Source: Callorhinchus milii
Taxonomy: Eukaryota
Reading direction: 5' to 3'
Assembly: GCF_018977255.1 (NCBI RefSeq)
Contig: NW_024704743.1
Location: forward strand, 92,630,001 to 92,694,000
Length of the DNA stretch: 64,000 nt
The stretch's first letter is position 1. Each line of letters starts with the position of its first letter. The notes under the pieces were generated by a model. The model did not search any database and was not told the origin of the DNA. It worked only from the letters and a program-made list of their open reading frames with translations. Below are positions 50,531 through 63,598 of this stretch, in pieces. A program made the position numbers and the translations under genes.

Positions 50531-53500
50531 GCACAGCCGCTGACAGACAGAAGGTAAGTCAAGCAGTGGCAGGGAGTCATAGGGCTGGTTTCCCAGGGAT
50601 CAGGACCAACGGTAGCCAGTGGGGTGACCGGGATCCCGGGGATCAGTAGCCAGAGGGGGGCCTGGAACTGGCAACAGCTCATGGTAGGGCCGGTGTCTCG
50701 GGGATCAGCCATAGCCAGAAACAGGGGCCGGCCGATAGCTGTAGGCTGGGCCGGGGTCTCGTGGACCCTGAGATGGGGCGGGTGTCTCAGGGATCGAGCG
50801 GTGGCCATTACCTGGGTAGGGGAAGCTGTCATTTTGGACTTTCAGGTTTTCCTGCCATTCTGTGTGACGTCACTTCAGCCCACTAGGTTTGAATCCCTGG
50901 TAGCAGGTACAGTATAGTTTATACCAGTGTGTCTCCCTCCCTCCCATCCTCTGTCTGACTCCCCTCCCCTGTCCTTCCCCTGCAGGTTGCTCATTGCTAA
51001 CCACAATGTGCGCCCTCTCCCCTTTCCGTCACCTCTAGCCCCCACAGCCTCCTGCAGCCTGACAATGTCCCACTAATCCGCTGCCTCTCGTCCCAGCGTG
51101 CACATCTTGGCTGCTGCCCCCGACCAGAGCTGGCCCTCCCTCAAAGTGCCCCCCTCTCTGCCACTCTCCCGCTCTGTCCTGCTCTCTCTCCGCCTTCCCC
51201 ACCTCCTATCTCTGCTTGACCGCCCCTCACTGCCTCTCTCTGCTCCAGCCTGGGAATCCTCCGCCGAGCTAATCGCAGCACTCGGTGCTGGCTGTCCAGC
51301 AGCAGCCACACCGACTGCTCCATTCCGCACTACCACTGCAAGCCACCCCGGGGGCTAACCTCTCCTCCCTCATCCATATCCCCACCCTCCCTGCTAAGCA
51401 ATCCACTACCCCTCCCATCCTACACGTCAACTGTCCACTCCGCTTTGGCCATCAAAATGTCCGCTCCATCTGCAATAAGACCCTGGTCGTCAATGATCTC
51501 ATCCTCAATGAGAACATTGATATTATGGTCCTCATGGAAACCTGGATCACCCCAGGTGACACCTTCCCCCTTACTGAGGCCATAACACCCAGCTAAACTT
51601 ACCACCATGCCCCACGACCCAACAGCCGTGGCGGTGGTGTGGCCCTCATCTCCAGGGCCTCACTTGCCCTATCCCCCTACTCCACTGGCTCATTCCCCTG
51701 TTTTGAACATCTTACCTTCTGCCATCCCTCCCATCACTCATTAAAAATTCTCCTAATTTACCACCCCCCAAAATCCTCCCCAACCTTCATCTCTGACATC
51801 TCCACCCTTCTAGCTTCCCTCTGCCTCTGCTCCAACCGCCTCATTATCCAAGGCGACTTCAACCTCCACTTCAGCCCCTCTTGCTCCACCTCCTCAGACA
51901 TCTCCTCTCCTTTCTCAACCTCTCCCTCCACATCCACTTTGCTACCCACGTTCACGGCAACCCGCTCAACTTGGTGATCACCCGGGGCCTCAGCATCTCG
52001 GATGTCACCGTCACTGACAAGGCCATCTCTGACCACCATTTCATCTCCCTCAACTCCTGTATCCATCACCCCACTGCCTCTAAACCTACCACCATCTTCT
52101 ACCGCCTTTGGAAGAAGAACTCCCCGCAATCCCTCTCCGCTGCACTGGAGTCCTCTAAACTCCTATTCCTCTGGCCCACCTCCCGCACCAACCCATCCTC
52201 TGCTTTTACTCTCCTCCAATTCACCCTCTCCACCACACTCGACATCCTTGCCCCCCTCATCTCCCGAACTACCTCTTATTCCCGATCCTCACCCTGGTTC
52301 ACCAGCCACCTCTGCTCGCTCAAGGGCCAGGTGTGGGCTGCCGAACACACTTGACTCAAATCTGGCCTAATGGTCCACCGACACATCTGGCTGGACCACA
52401 TTAAAACCTACCGCTCCGCTCTCGCCTCAGCCAAATCGTCCTTCTACTCCAGATTAATCCTGGAGGTGAAGGGCAAACCCAGGTTCCTGTTATCCACCAC
52501 CAACCGGCTCCTCTACCCTCCCCGCCATGCCTCGCAGATTCTTTCCTCTGACTCCCATTGCGAGAAAATGTTGGACTTACTCGAGTCGAAAATCGAGGGA
52601 ATCTGCTCAGCTGCCACTGCCTTTCCAACTTCCACCCCCACACTCCGACCACTACTCATCGCTCCTTCCACACCTTTGAACCTATCACCCCCTCCTCTGT
52701 CATCACCAACATATCCTCCATGAAGCTCACCACCTGCTCCCTGGACCCCATCTCCACCCCTCTCCTTAAATCCCAGCTTCATCTCCTTGCCCCACTACTC
52801 ACCAACATCATCAACCTCTTCCTGTCATCTGGCACTGTTCCTACACCCCTCAAAACAGCCACTATCACCCCCACCTTGAAGAAACCTTCCCTCTTATCCA
52901 GCTACCGGCTCAACTCCCACTTTCCTTTTCTGTCTAAGGTCCTTCAGAGAACCGTCTCCGCCCAGTTTTGCTCTTTCATTTCCTCCCACTCCCTCCATGA
53001 GCTCCAACAGTTGGGTTTCCGTGCTGCCTAAAGCATGGAAACTGCTCTGGTCAAGGTCACAAATGATATCCTGACCACGTGTGACCAGGGCTCCTTCTGC
53101 CTCCTCATCCTCCTCGACCTCTCCTCCGCCTTTGATCCTGTGGACCACTCAATCCTCCTCCACCTCCTCTCCTCCCACTTCAATCTTCAAGGTTCTGACA
53201 TTGACTGGTTCATGTCCTACCTTTCATACCACTACCACTTCATCTCTGCAAACGGCTTCTCCTCCAGCTCCCGCACCATCTTGTGCGGCATTCCTCAGGG
53301 CTCTGTTCTCACTTTCCTCCTCTTTGCCCTCTACATGCTCCCCCTTGGTGACATCATCCGGAGACATGGGGCAAATTTCCACATGTATGCGGATGACACC
53401 CAACTGCCTCCACCCTCAACTCCAGGACCATTGGTGTCCTGACAGACTGCCTGTTCAACACTTTCTCCAATTCAACGTCAGCAAGTCCGAGGCCCTCCTG

Positions 53501-54308
53501 ATTGGCTTGCACCAGCGCTTCCATAGCTGCACACTCAACCTCACTAAGCCAGTTAGGAACCTGGGTGTCTTGTTTGACCCTGAACTGTCCTTTCTCCCCC
53601 ACATCCGCGCCATGACCGGCACTGCCTACTACCACCTCCGCAACAGTGCCAGCCTCCGCTACTGACTCACCCTTCAGGCTGCCGAAACCCTCACCCACGC
53701 ATTCGTCACATTAAGGCTCGATTATGGAAACTTCCTCCTCATCGGCCTTCCCAACTCTTTGCTTCACAAGCTGCAGATCATCCAAAACTCTGCAGCTCGT
53801 GTACTCTCGCGCATCAGGCTCCCTGACTCCATCACTCCCACCCTTGCCCGACTCCACTGACTCCCCATTCCTCAGAGAATCAAATTCAAGATCCTTGTCC
53901 TCACTTTCAAGGCCATCCATGGCCTTGCCCCCTCCTACCTCTCTGACCTGCTGACTCCCTACCAACCTGCCTGCTCCCTCTGTTCAGCGTGCTCCGGCCT
54001 GCTCCATGTCTCCCGCCCGACCCGCCCTACCATTGGTGGCCGGGCTTTCAGCCTCTCTGCCCCCACACTCTGGAACTCCATCCTACAGTCCATTCGCCTC
54101 ACTTTCTCCCTTGTCTCCTTGAAGATCAGTCTCAAGACCCTCCTCTTCAATCGTGCCTTCAGTCGCCCTCCCACCTCTTTACCTTCCCTCACCCCTACCC
54201 CACCCTTCCCCCATGCTCGGGTCCTGACCCCTATCAGTCCAACTTCTTGGGACGTCCTTCCGATGTGAAAGGCGCTCTATAAATGTAATTTTGTTGTTGT
54301 TATAGTTG
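50531..54308 (+). mobile_element. apparently full-length single-ORF L2 LINE (5' UTR, APE-RT ORF, 3' tail), frameshifted
   Basis: NVRSICNK...LMETWI, GDFN, SDHH (APE); LLDLSSAFD, GIPQGSVL, MYADDTQL (RT); (ttg)n tail; both ends defined by the interrupted older L2. Confidence 0.93.
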
Positions 54309-54684
54309 TACCTAATGCCCAATTTATGTACAGGTTCGATAAGTCTCAGGGAAAGGCCAGGTTTTTAAATTTATTTTTGGTATCTCACTTGCTGAATGCT
54401 CACAGTTGTTTGTGCAACTCATTTCAAGTTCTTAATACATTTCTAGTGCTGTGCATCATTTGTCTACAAGTTACTCAGCCATTGCACTTTGCAGTAAATG
54501 GCTTAGTGCTCTTGAGACATCCTGCCGATGTGAGAGGTGCAATATCAAACGCAAGGATTATTACTATTATATCTGGAAGAACATGCCTATTAAGCTGCCT
54601 GTGGTATGTGCAGCAACTGTAAGTAACCCAGAGGCTCTCCTCTTCCACATTGAACCAGCCTTCCATTAAAGTAAAAGGAAAGCT

Positions 54685-54805
54685 GAAAGGAAATCTGAAA
54701 TAGAAAAACAGATCAATCAGCCTCAGAAAAGGAAAATAATGTTTCAGGTTTCAGACACCACCAGCCGCTGAACGCCTGCTGTGGATTTTCAGTATTTGCT
54801 ATCCT
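54685..54805. mobile_element. short Penelope-derived remnant
   Basis: ggaaatctgaaa...atgtttcaggt resembles 6479-6557. Confidence 0.45.
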
Positions 54806-55064
54806 TCATCGGGAAATGTGGTGACTCATAATCTCTGCTTCTTTGTGTCAAAACAGCCGGTGTACTTCAGGGCTTAGCACTTCTACAAAGATTTCATCAG
54901 GTAAGCCATTTTCAGTTAAGGGTTGTAATGCAAGTCCTTTTTATCAGTAGTTTAATTTCTTTTTGTATGCTTAAATTAAAATTTATAATGTAATTTTAAA
55001 TATATTTTAATCACTACTATTATTTACACATGCACATGGACACCTTTGCTAAACTTATGAAATA

Positions 55065-55745
55065 TATAATCCTTGCATATGATGCTTTTCATGTTGTGAG
55101 GACGTCCCAAAGTGCTTCACTGGATTTACCGTGGTGTGACTGTGTATTTGTAGGCAAACGTGGCATCCCAATTGTGCATGACATTGCTTCACAAACAGCC
55201 ATGAAACTCACGACCAATTTTATAAGCTTGGTGTTCAGGACACCAGGAACATAAGAACATAGGAATTAGGAGCAGATTAGGCCATTCGACCACTCGAGCC
55301 TGCCCCGCCATTCGATAAAATCATAGCTGAACTTCCGACCTCTGAGTGAAGAAATATTTCCTCAACTCTTTTCTAAAAGGCTGACCCTTAATTTTAAGAC
55401 CTTGACCCCTGGTTATAGATTCTCCTACCAGGGGAAACAGACCCTCAGTGTTTACTTTATCCAGCCCTTTAAGAATTTTATATGTTTCAATAAGATCACC
55501 CCTAATTCTTCTGTACTCTTAAAACGAACTTTTTTTTTGAGTAGTGCCATGGGGACTTTAACGTCCACCTGAATAGACAGACAAGATCTTGGTTAAAATC
55601 TCAAATGAAGGATGGCATCTCTCACAATGCAGCACTGCATTGGAGTGTCGTCTTAAACTGTGTAAACTCAAGTCCAAACATGGGGCTTGAACCCACAACC
55701 TTCTGATTCAGACCTGAGAGTGCTTCCAACGGTGCAAGGCTGACA
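55065..55745 (-). mobile_element. older Deu-domain SINE interrupted by a CR1 3' fragment (55248-55518, -)
   Basis: SINE halves flank aacataagaacataggaattaggagc...agatcacccctaattcttct. Confidence 0.85.
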
Positions 55746-55828
55746 GCACTTAGACCACACTAGTGAATTTGCTGCATTGTACAAACAGAATGGAGGAAGC
55801 CTTGTCTCGCTTCCAAAATGAAGGCTGG

Positions 55829-56158
55829 AATAATAATATTAATAATAATAATCCTTGTATTTGATATAGCGCTTTTCACGTCGGAAGGACATCCCAAAGC
55901 GCTTCACAGAACACACTGTAAAGTGAATTGACTGTATATTTGTGGGCGAACACAGCAGCCAATTGCGCACAGCAATGTCCCACAAACAGTCGTAGATTGA
56001 AAATGACCAATTTATTATTGTTTTTGGTTTTGGAGGGATTATTATTAGGCATGTGGAGTAAGGAAACTTGCCCAAGGTTTCGCCCTGACCTGCCTGGAAT
56101 TGAACTCAGGTCTCTCGCTTGCAAAGCGAGTGCTCTAACCACTGAGCTACAGGACTCC
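55829..56158 (-). mobile_element. full young tRNA/Deu SINE
   Basis: Near-identical to 46610-46931. Confidence 0.95.
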
Positions 56159-56545
56159 AAGAGAAGTAATTATTCAAGAGAAGTAATTATTTAACTTGCT
56201 TTTTACAATTTAAAACTTATTTCTGATGCTTACTGGATATTTTAACATTTTCCAGCCTGACCTGATATGTGAGCCTTCTTGTCAATATTCTCATCTGTTC
56301 TGTAGTTTAGTATGTTTTTATCCTTCTTGTCAATGTTCTCAACTGTTTCAAAGCCTTGAACATGGTCTTAATTATCTGAATTGGCTCTTCTCTCTGCTTG
56401 TCATCAATACTTTAACACCTGTTTGAAGGTAAAGAATGCCAGGATTGTCAATGTGATTCCTGAATTGGTGCCTCTACTACTGCACTGTAATGTGGGCTTG
56501 AAACAGGAAAGAAGAATCCGATTTCCCACTCCAGAGGCCCTAAGT

Positions 56546-57150
56546 TCCTTTTTTATTTGGCCTTCTGGGTGCCTGACACATGCAGTAACCCATCACCAGG
56601 CTTAAAAGTATACAAACCAAGCTGAGATTTCCACACATCCCACCTACACATAGAAATCCAGAGATAGATTGTTGAAATGGATTGCACTCTCTCTTCCTGG
56701 AGGGATGCATCCTAATTCCAGAAAGTATTAGGCATAGGTTGGCAAGAATCAAGGCTTGGGGATCCCACAGTGTGTGTTGGGGTACTGCTGGAGTCTAACC
56801 AGCTAAAACTGCATAGTTTACCATTGATATCGCTGTCTGGCAACCTTTCTTACTGCTTGTCCAGCTAGGACCACCCTACCCATTAGAGCTTTGACTTACA
56901 TAGTTAACAGTAGCTGAGTGGGATGACTCCGTGCCCCCAGGTCCTGCCGATGAGACAGGCTGGCTGAGCTGTCATCAACAGTGCCCTGGAATACTGCAGA
57001 CCCGCCTGGCTCAGGAACTAGATTATAGAGTCCACCACAGAGGGCTGGCTCAATTCCGAAATTCCATTGCCAGGCATGTCACCTTGGAGCCAATTCAGCT
57101 CCAAGGAGACTCCACTTACTACACCCACAAGGAGGAAACATTCCCCTTCA
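56546..57150 (-). repeat. ~600 bp copy of the RTEX-like 3' UTR repeat
   Basis: Reverse complement is colinear with 33486-34070 and ends atgtgtcaggcacccagaaggccaaataaaaaa. Confidence 0.8.
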
Positions 57151-57704
57151 CCAGAATTGCAGAACATCATCTGCCAAATTATCATTGATTTGAGAATTAC
57201 CATTGATTTTTAAAATTCTACACATTCTTAACTTGTTAGGCTAAGACCATGGAAACATTTCATAATTCCGATCACAGACATGTACTGTATTTTACAATAT
57301 ACATGAATTACTTGGAATGCAAACTCTAGGAGGGGTAGTAGACAGCAGAAGGGATTGTGGATAATGAGAGTAATTGTGGACAAATTTGCTTTAGATAGTA
57401 ATTTGCCTGAATTGTCAAATTATGAGAAGAACTGTATAAGACTTCAGGAGAACAGACTAGAGAAATGGTGAGAGGGCATACATAAGATGATGCAGAATTT
57501 TGGTAAAATCTTAATCCTATCTCTATTGGGTCAATAAGACCTGTAGAAATTGATTTCCAATTAAAGTTGAACTTAAGAATTTTCCAAAATTCTGCTCAAT
57601 ATTAGCTTAAGATGTATTGTTTCAAAATTTGAGAACAGATGGTAATTTGGGTCTCTGTATTCTTATGTTGAATCCATGCCATCGGTGATGTGTCTCACCA
57701 GACA

Positions 57705-58045
57705 ATAATAATAATCCTTGCATTTCATATGGCGACTTAACACATGATCAAACTTTCCTAAAGCATTTCAGAAGATTACTGTAGAGTACAAAGCTTGTGT
57801 ATCTGGTAGGCAAATATGGCAGTCAATTTGTGCACAGCACAGTCCCACAAACAGCAAAAAGTGAGTACCAATTATAGCTGGATGATTGTTGGCCAGGAAA
57901 CTGGGAGAAACTCCCTTCTCTTTTTACAAAGTGCCTCGGGATCTTTAACATCCATGTAAGCAGGTAGAAGGGATTTTGATTTAAACATCTCTTCTGAAAG
58001 ACGGCAGCTCCCCATTCCCAGTACCTCATTAGAATGTCAGCCCCG
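57705..58045 (-). mobile_element. older Deu-domain SINE
   Basis: Tail, tttgtgcacagcacagtcccaca, gggatctttaacatcca. Confidence 0.75.
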
Positions 58046-59225
58046 ACTTACATGAAGAGGCACATTCCCTTTAGGAGGAGAACAATTATATGGAAACCTT
58101 CTTAATTTGAGAGGGCAATCATCAAAATCTAGTCGTTGAAATAAAATTGAAAACTTAAATCTAATATGCAATGTTACAGAATTATTATACAGAAACATTC
58201 AATATCATTTTCTTTCAGAAACAGTCCATTTGAACAACCTTGCTATATCTGTACCAGTCAGCAGGTTCAAACATGATTTTTATTGTAAAGGGAATAGTGT
58301 TAAAGAGTTCTGTGAAAATCTGATAATTACCTTTTAGGCTGCCAGGCATACAAAAGGAGAGGCTCAACATCCAAGCTGGAAAGGCTGCAGACATGCACAC
58401 ATTTTTTAGAATTGTTAAAGAATATATCAGGTGGTTCATTCACAATGTCACCAATGAATATTTTCAAATCTGACTTCTTAGATTTATCTTGCTCTTTGAA
58501 TAGAGTTTATAATTAAATATATTGAAGAAAATCACCAGTTTCTGGTAACGCAAGAGGATAAATGCTGAAGCCGTTCTAATGAAAGGGACTGTGTCATTAC
58601 AATGCAGGGCACTCAAAGAGTTCACTAGTTTAATTTCATTTGACCTCAATACTTTGGTGTTTAGTTTTAAAGAAACTTATTTCACAAAGTACAGCTGCAA
58701 GGGCTGAGGCAATTTACTGAGGTCAAAACTGAAAGGAAAGAGCCCCAAGAACATGTAATTTTGCTGCAGTTTCATCTGCATTTGGTTTTACATTATATTA
58801 CAACAAAATCAATTTTGTACCAGAGAAATCTCATATTTACATGTACCCTACAAGATATAAAAGTCAGGCAGTGCAGTGTGTAAGATATCTGAATTCAACA
58901 ACAACATCTATTTATATAGCGCCCATCACTCAGGGCAACATCTTGGAGCACTTTCAGTATTTTTTGACAGGATTTAATAATAAGGATTTTCTATTCAAGT
59001 CATACAAAAAAGTCTTCTGGTTATGGGCGGACATCACTCTGAACCACAAACATTTAACTTCAATACTATCCACTTCTATGGTGAAATGTCTGATGAAAAT
59101 ACTAAGATGATTCCTTATTTAAAAAAAAGAGATACCTCAAATTCTCTCCCCCCACATGGTGTCTGATTTGGTAATTGTAGAGCAATTATTATATAGCCAC
59201 AACAGAGGCAAACATTACAATATAA

Positions 59226-59328
59226 GTAATCCTTGCATTTGATATAGTGTTTTATCAAGTCTTCGAGACGTCTCAAAGTGCTTCACAGAATATACTGTAA
59301 AGTGAATTGCCTGTATATTTTGTGGTCA
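59226..59328 (-). mobile_element. SINE 3' fragment
   Basis: aatccttgcatttgatatag...gtgaattgcctgtatatt. Confidence 0.85.
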
Positions 59329-59369
59329 AAACATTATCTTGTACTAACAAAGAGCAAATAAACTGACGA

Positions 59370-59715
59370 TAATAATCCTTGCAAACATGATTTATCATGC
59401 ATAATGTTTAATTATAGTAACTAGAATATGCAGGCAAAACTTAGTAGTCGATTGGCATACTGCAATGTACTATAAACAGCCATTTAGTAAATGATCAATT
59501 TTATCTCGGAGATTGTTGGTCAGGACATCAGAAGGGACTCCCTTCTCTTTCGAATAACCTACCATCCACCTCAACAGGCAGATGGTACCTTGTTTTAATA
59601 TCTCATCTGAAGGACTGCACTTCTAACAATGCAGCACACTCCCAGCACTGCATTGGGGTATCAGATTGGTCTGGTGACTTTAAAGTCCTAAAATGGGGGA
59701 TGAGCCCACAACCTA
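59370..59715 (-). mobile_element. older Deu-domain SINE, degraded
   Basis: aacaatgcagcacactcccagcactgcattgg; tgagcccacaacc. Confidence 0.7.
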
Positions 59716-60349
59716 AAATACTGCAGCAATAACCAATAAAGGCATGAATCCAGAAAAGTGCAATTTTCAAATTTTAGTCTTCTTCAAGTGTTCAGATGGA
59801 TAATTCAATAATATTCTCCAGCAATGATTCCCAAATAATTGTTCTCTCCTTTTCAATTTATAATTAAGACAGACAATGGAATAATTTAACCATTATTGTT
59901 TTAAAGGTTTACTATAGATGTTCAATATTTTAAGATATATGAACATGGAGGTTATTTTATGAATAATGTATTCAGGAGATTGGATGTACAGTCAAGATTG
60001 TATGCCAACTGCTGCCTTGGCATATCTGAAAGTATAATCACAATCTTCAGATCTCCTAGATACTTGATCTTTTGTCTTCTGTGGCTGTGTTTTGCTGTAA
60101 ATTTCCTGATGTGTTGTGATCTTTACCATTGTCACCCTCCTCCTCTGATATGGTAATTGAAGAACTCGGAGAACAAGCTGCAGAACATTCCTCTTAGGAG
60201 AATGAAACAATATTTTCTTAATCAAACGTTGCATAAACCTCCTGCTAATTAAATTTATTGTCTGTAAATAAATTAATGAACGCTTTTAGGGATACCTCAA
60301 ATTGAACCTCTATTTTTATTTAAAAGATTTAATATGCTGAAATGCTGTA

Positions 60350-60419
60350 CACTGTCCAGCACCTTGGGCCATCCTCCCGACCTGAAAGGCGCTATACAAA
60401 TGCAATCTTGTTGTTGTTG
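60350..60419 (+). mobile_element. L2 3' tail fragment
   Basis: cagcaccttgggccatcctcccgacctgaaaggcgctatacaaatgcaatcttgttgttgttg. Confidence 0.85.
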
Positions 60420-60519
60420 ATAACATCAACTGTTTTGAAATATTACATTTTTTATTTAATATGTTTTTTCTTTTGTTTTTCTTGAGCTACTTTTTTGAAT
60501 GTATATTTGATCTAACTTC

Positions 60520-60722
60520 TTTTGTAATGTCACCTTTCCTCTTGGTCTGTTCCCTTTGCCCTCTTCTATTTTATGATAGTGTCTACAAGCCACTGTCTGA
60601 GCTCTGATGAAAGGTTCAGCCTAAAACACTGATGTCTTTTTCTCTTTCAGTGACTGATGCGCTTCTTGTGATTTCCATCAATTTGCCGATTTGTTTCAAA
60701 TTTCCAGCATTTCTAATTTTCT
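60520..60722 (+). mobile_element. Penelope-like 3' end remnant with hammerhead-like core
   Basis: CTGATGA aaggttcagcct AAAAC then ...tttgtttcaaatttccagcatt, homologous to the reverse of 6465-6575. Confidence 0.6.
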
Positions 60723-60829
60723 TTTCCCTTCTCCTCTTGAAATATGGCATGTACTTTGCGAACAAGTTAATAGGCCACATCCATCAGCATTGGTCATCTA
60801 GCTTTCTGTACAAGAAATACACAACTGAT

Positions 60830-61345
60830 AAAGTATCAATGAACCTCCACAGGGGGAAAAAAGTGTTTGGAGAGGGAATAACATACCCAAGGTTTTTAAA
60901 AACCTGAATCAACAGAATTGATATGGAGGAATACGAAAACACAGCCAGTTGCATGATTATAAGCTAAGAGGAAAGCTCCACTATTAACCAGAGGTACAAT
61001 TTCTTTACCCCTGGAGTTACTCATTTGTAAATAGTGCATTGAATGTTAACTCAGTTGAAGCCTGCAAAATCAAATGGATTGAATTTGTATTCAAGTGGGA
61101 GTACAAGGATACAAGCTTGACATCGAAGCAGGAGGGACATTATAATACATATCACCCCAAATAAGGACTGAGCAAAGGAAAATGCTTCTTTCTTACTTTT
61201 GTCTTCCATTCTGATATCTGACATCTACAGAGAAAAAGAGATGGGAAAAAAACACAATAGGGTGAAAAATGCAATGTTTCTGAACAGATTCTGCTGCTTG
61301 ATAATTAGCAGATTGAATTTGATGTGAAACATTGTGTTGTTTACC
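60830..61345 (+). mobile_element. highly degraded CR1 RT fragment
   Basis: Traces of I.PR.LK, and ..EFDVKHC. Confidence 0.45.
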
Positions 61346-62749
61346 TCAATAATTGAGCAATAAAGTACTTGTTTACCTAGGGGCCAGTCCCTTCTCACTG
61401 GACTTTGCCTTCAGTGTTGGGGACATATCTAAACCTCTAAATCTCATTAATGAGACACAGAGGCTTTTCAAGCAGCATCGATGTCTTGGATTTCTGCAGA
61501 CCTGGCTGTCATGGCTGTATCAGTTCACCCCAGGGAATCCAACATATTTACCCCAAACGGAAGATTTTCAGACTTGGGACTGATTTTATTAAGCTTAAAG
61601 GGCTGAGTGAACCCATGAGAATACACACTGGATTTTCCAATCCATAGTTCCAGAACTCAAACTGAATCACCAGATTATTCTGAGACAATAAAACTAACCA
61701 TCAATTTGTGCTTTCAAATACAGAGATGGTTAAGGAGAATGGTGCATTTGTAGGGACACGCCATTCTCCTAATATTCTCTGCTACTGGAGGAAGTAGTAA
61801 AAGAAACTGCAAACAATAGCTTGCCCCTCCACACCATCCCACAAACTAACTTGCTTAGGATGGTCTATTATAACCTAATCCCAGAAATGCAGGTCGAGGA
61901 TCTCCTTGAAGCTATTTGGCATCACCTCACTTGGCTGGTTTCATTACCGCGTCCATCATCACACCCTTCCCTGCGGTCCCAGCAGATGTGCCGTGCAGTT
62001 GTGCCCATCAGGCTGGAACAAGCACTAGGTGGGCAGAGTATATGCACTACTCACCAGCTGGGAGGATGGTCCGATACAGCAACTTCAAACACATGCAGAG
62101 TTTTACACTTCCAATTTTCAGCTACTGGAGTTTTGACACATTTTCATTTTATGGCAACAGATTTTCACCATTATAAATATAAATTGAGCATCAAATTATA
62201 GTAAAACAAAGACAGAAGAGCCTTTTTTATTGCAAAATTAAGTTGTAACAAGACAGAACATTTCTTTCAATCCAATGCTTAATTAATATAGTTAATGATT
62301 TATTTATTGCATTTTTGTTTTCTTGCCAATTTCTTTTTTAAAGTGAGTTAATGTATTTCCCAAAAGATGTTTGTGCTTTCAATATGATGCAAATAGCACT
62401 GTTGGCCTTCAATCTGCAATTGCTCTAGGCATATTGTGCACAAAGTTAACATCTGGGGAACAATCAGATGTTCTTTAGCTTTATATGTTTCCCAGTGTTA
62501 ATGTGCTAATGTACTAGACTTACTTTGCAATATCAAGCTTAATAAGGCAATGTCAAAAGAAAGTTAGCAGAAAGTGCTGACATGTTTTCAAAAAGTAATT
62601 GAAAATTTCAGGTCAAATTGAGATTAATTTAAACTGCAGTTAAAAAAAATCCGATATGTGGTACCAGTATATCACAAGCTGGTCACATTTGAGTGTTTGG
62701 GTTGTGTATGAAAAGTTTCACAACTGTGCTGTTAACATAATAATAAAAA

Positions 62750-63005
62750 TAATAATATTTTTCAGTTGGGTGGACATCTCAAAGCGCTCCACATGATATA
62801 CATGTGCAGTGAACGTGTTTTTTTATAGGAGAAATGTGGCAGCTAAATTACACACAGCAATGTCCCACAAAAAGCCATGAAATGAATGATCAATTTTGTG
62901 GATTGTTGGCAACTCCCTTCATTTTTTGAAGTGTCTTGGGATCTTTAATGTCAACTTGAACAGAAAGAAAGGACCTCAGTTAAAGTTTCATCAAAGTGGT
63001 GGCAT
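62750..63005 (-). mobile_element. older Deu-domain SINE
   Basis: cacagcaatgtcccaca, gggatctttaatgtc. Confidence 0.75.
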
Positions 63006-63224
63006 ATGATGGAGACTGATATTGGAAACTCCTTGTTGGTCACTATTGGTGTTTGGACATTAATTTTGCAATGAGTTTAACAATATTTTCTGCTTTCACC
63101 ACAGACCTCTTCACACAATCAAAAAGTTGCAAATGACACAGGTCAGTTTAACTATTTGAACCTGAACTACTGAAACGGTGTGTGAGCGTGCGGTTGCTAA
63201 TTCTATCAAACAGCAGTTCATTAT

Positions 63225-63598
63225 CGTGACCTTGGTTGGTTTGCTCTTGCCTCTAGTTAATAAAGTCGTGGGCTTAAGCCCCATGTCAGGACTTGATCTC
63301 ATCACCCAGGCTGACACACCAGCACATTTCAGTATTTTGAATAAATAACAGTATTTTGGATAAAATATTAAACCATGGTCCCATCTGCCTTTTCTTCAGG
63401 TGGACGTAAAAATCCCATGATGTTATTCAAAAAGACAAGTTTTTTCCTGGCCTCCTGGCCAACAGATTAATTGGTCTCTTGAGATATTTCTGGCACAATC
63501 AGCTGCCTCATTTGCCTACAAAAACAATCACTACACTTGACAGTAATTACAGTTTGAGACATTTTGATGTTATAAAGGTGCTCTAAGAATTCAGGTTT
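63225..63598 (+). mobile_element. older Deu-domain SINE
   Basis: aagccccatgtcaggacttga, caggtggacgtaaaaatcccatg, tail. Confidence 0.75.

Noticed and set aside
50806..50832. U1 snRNA-like 5' sequence (ttacctgggtaggggaag)
   Set aside because: Similarity covers only about 15 nt with mismatches, and no downstream U1 body or Sm site is seen.
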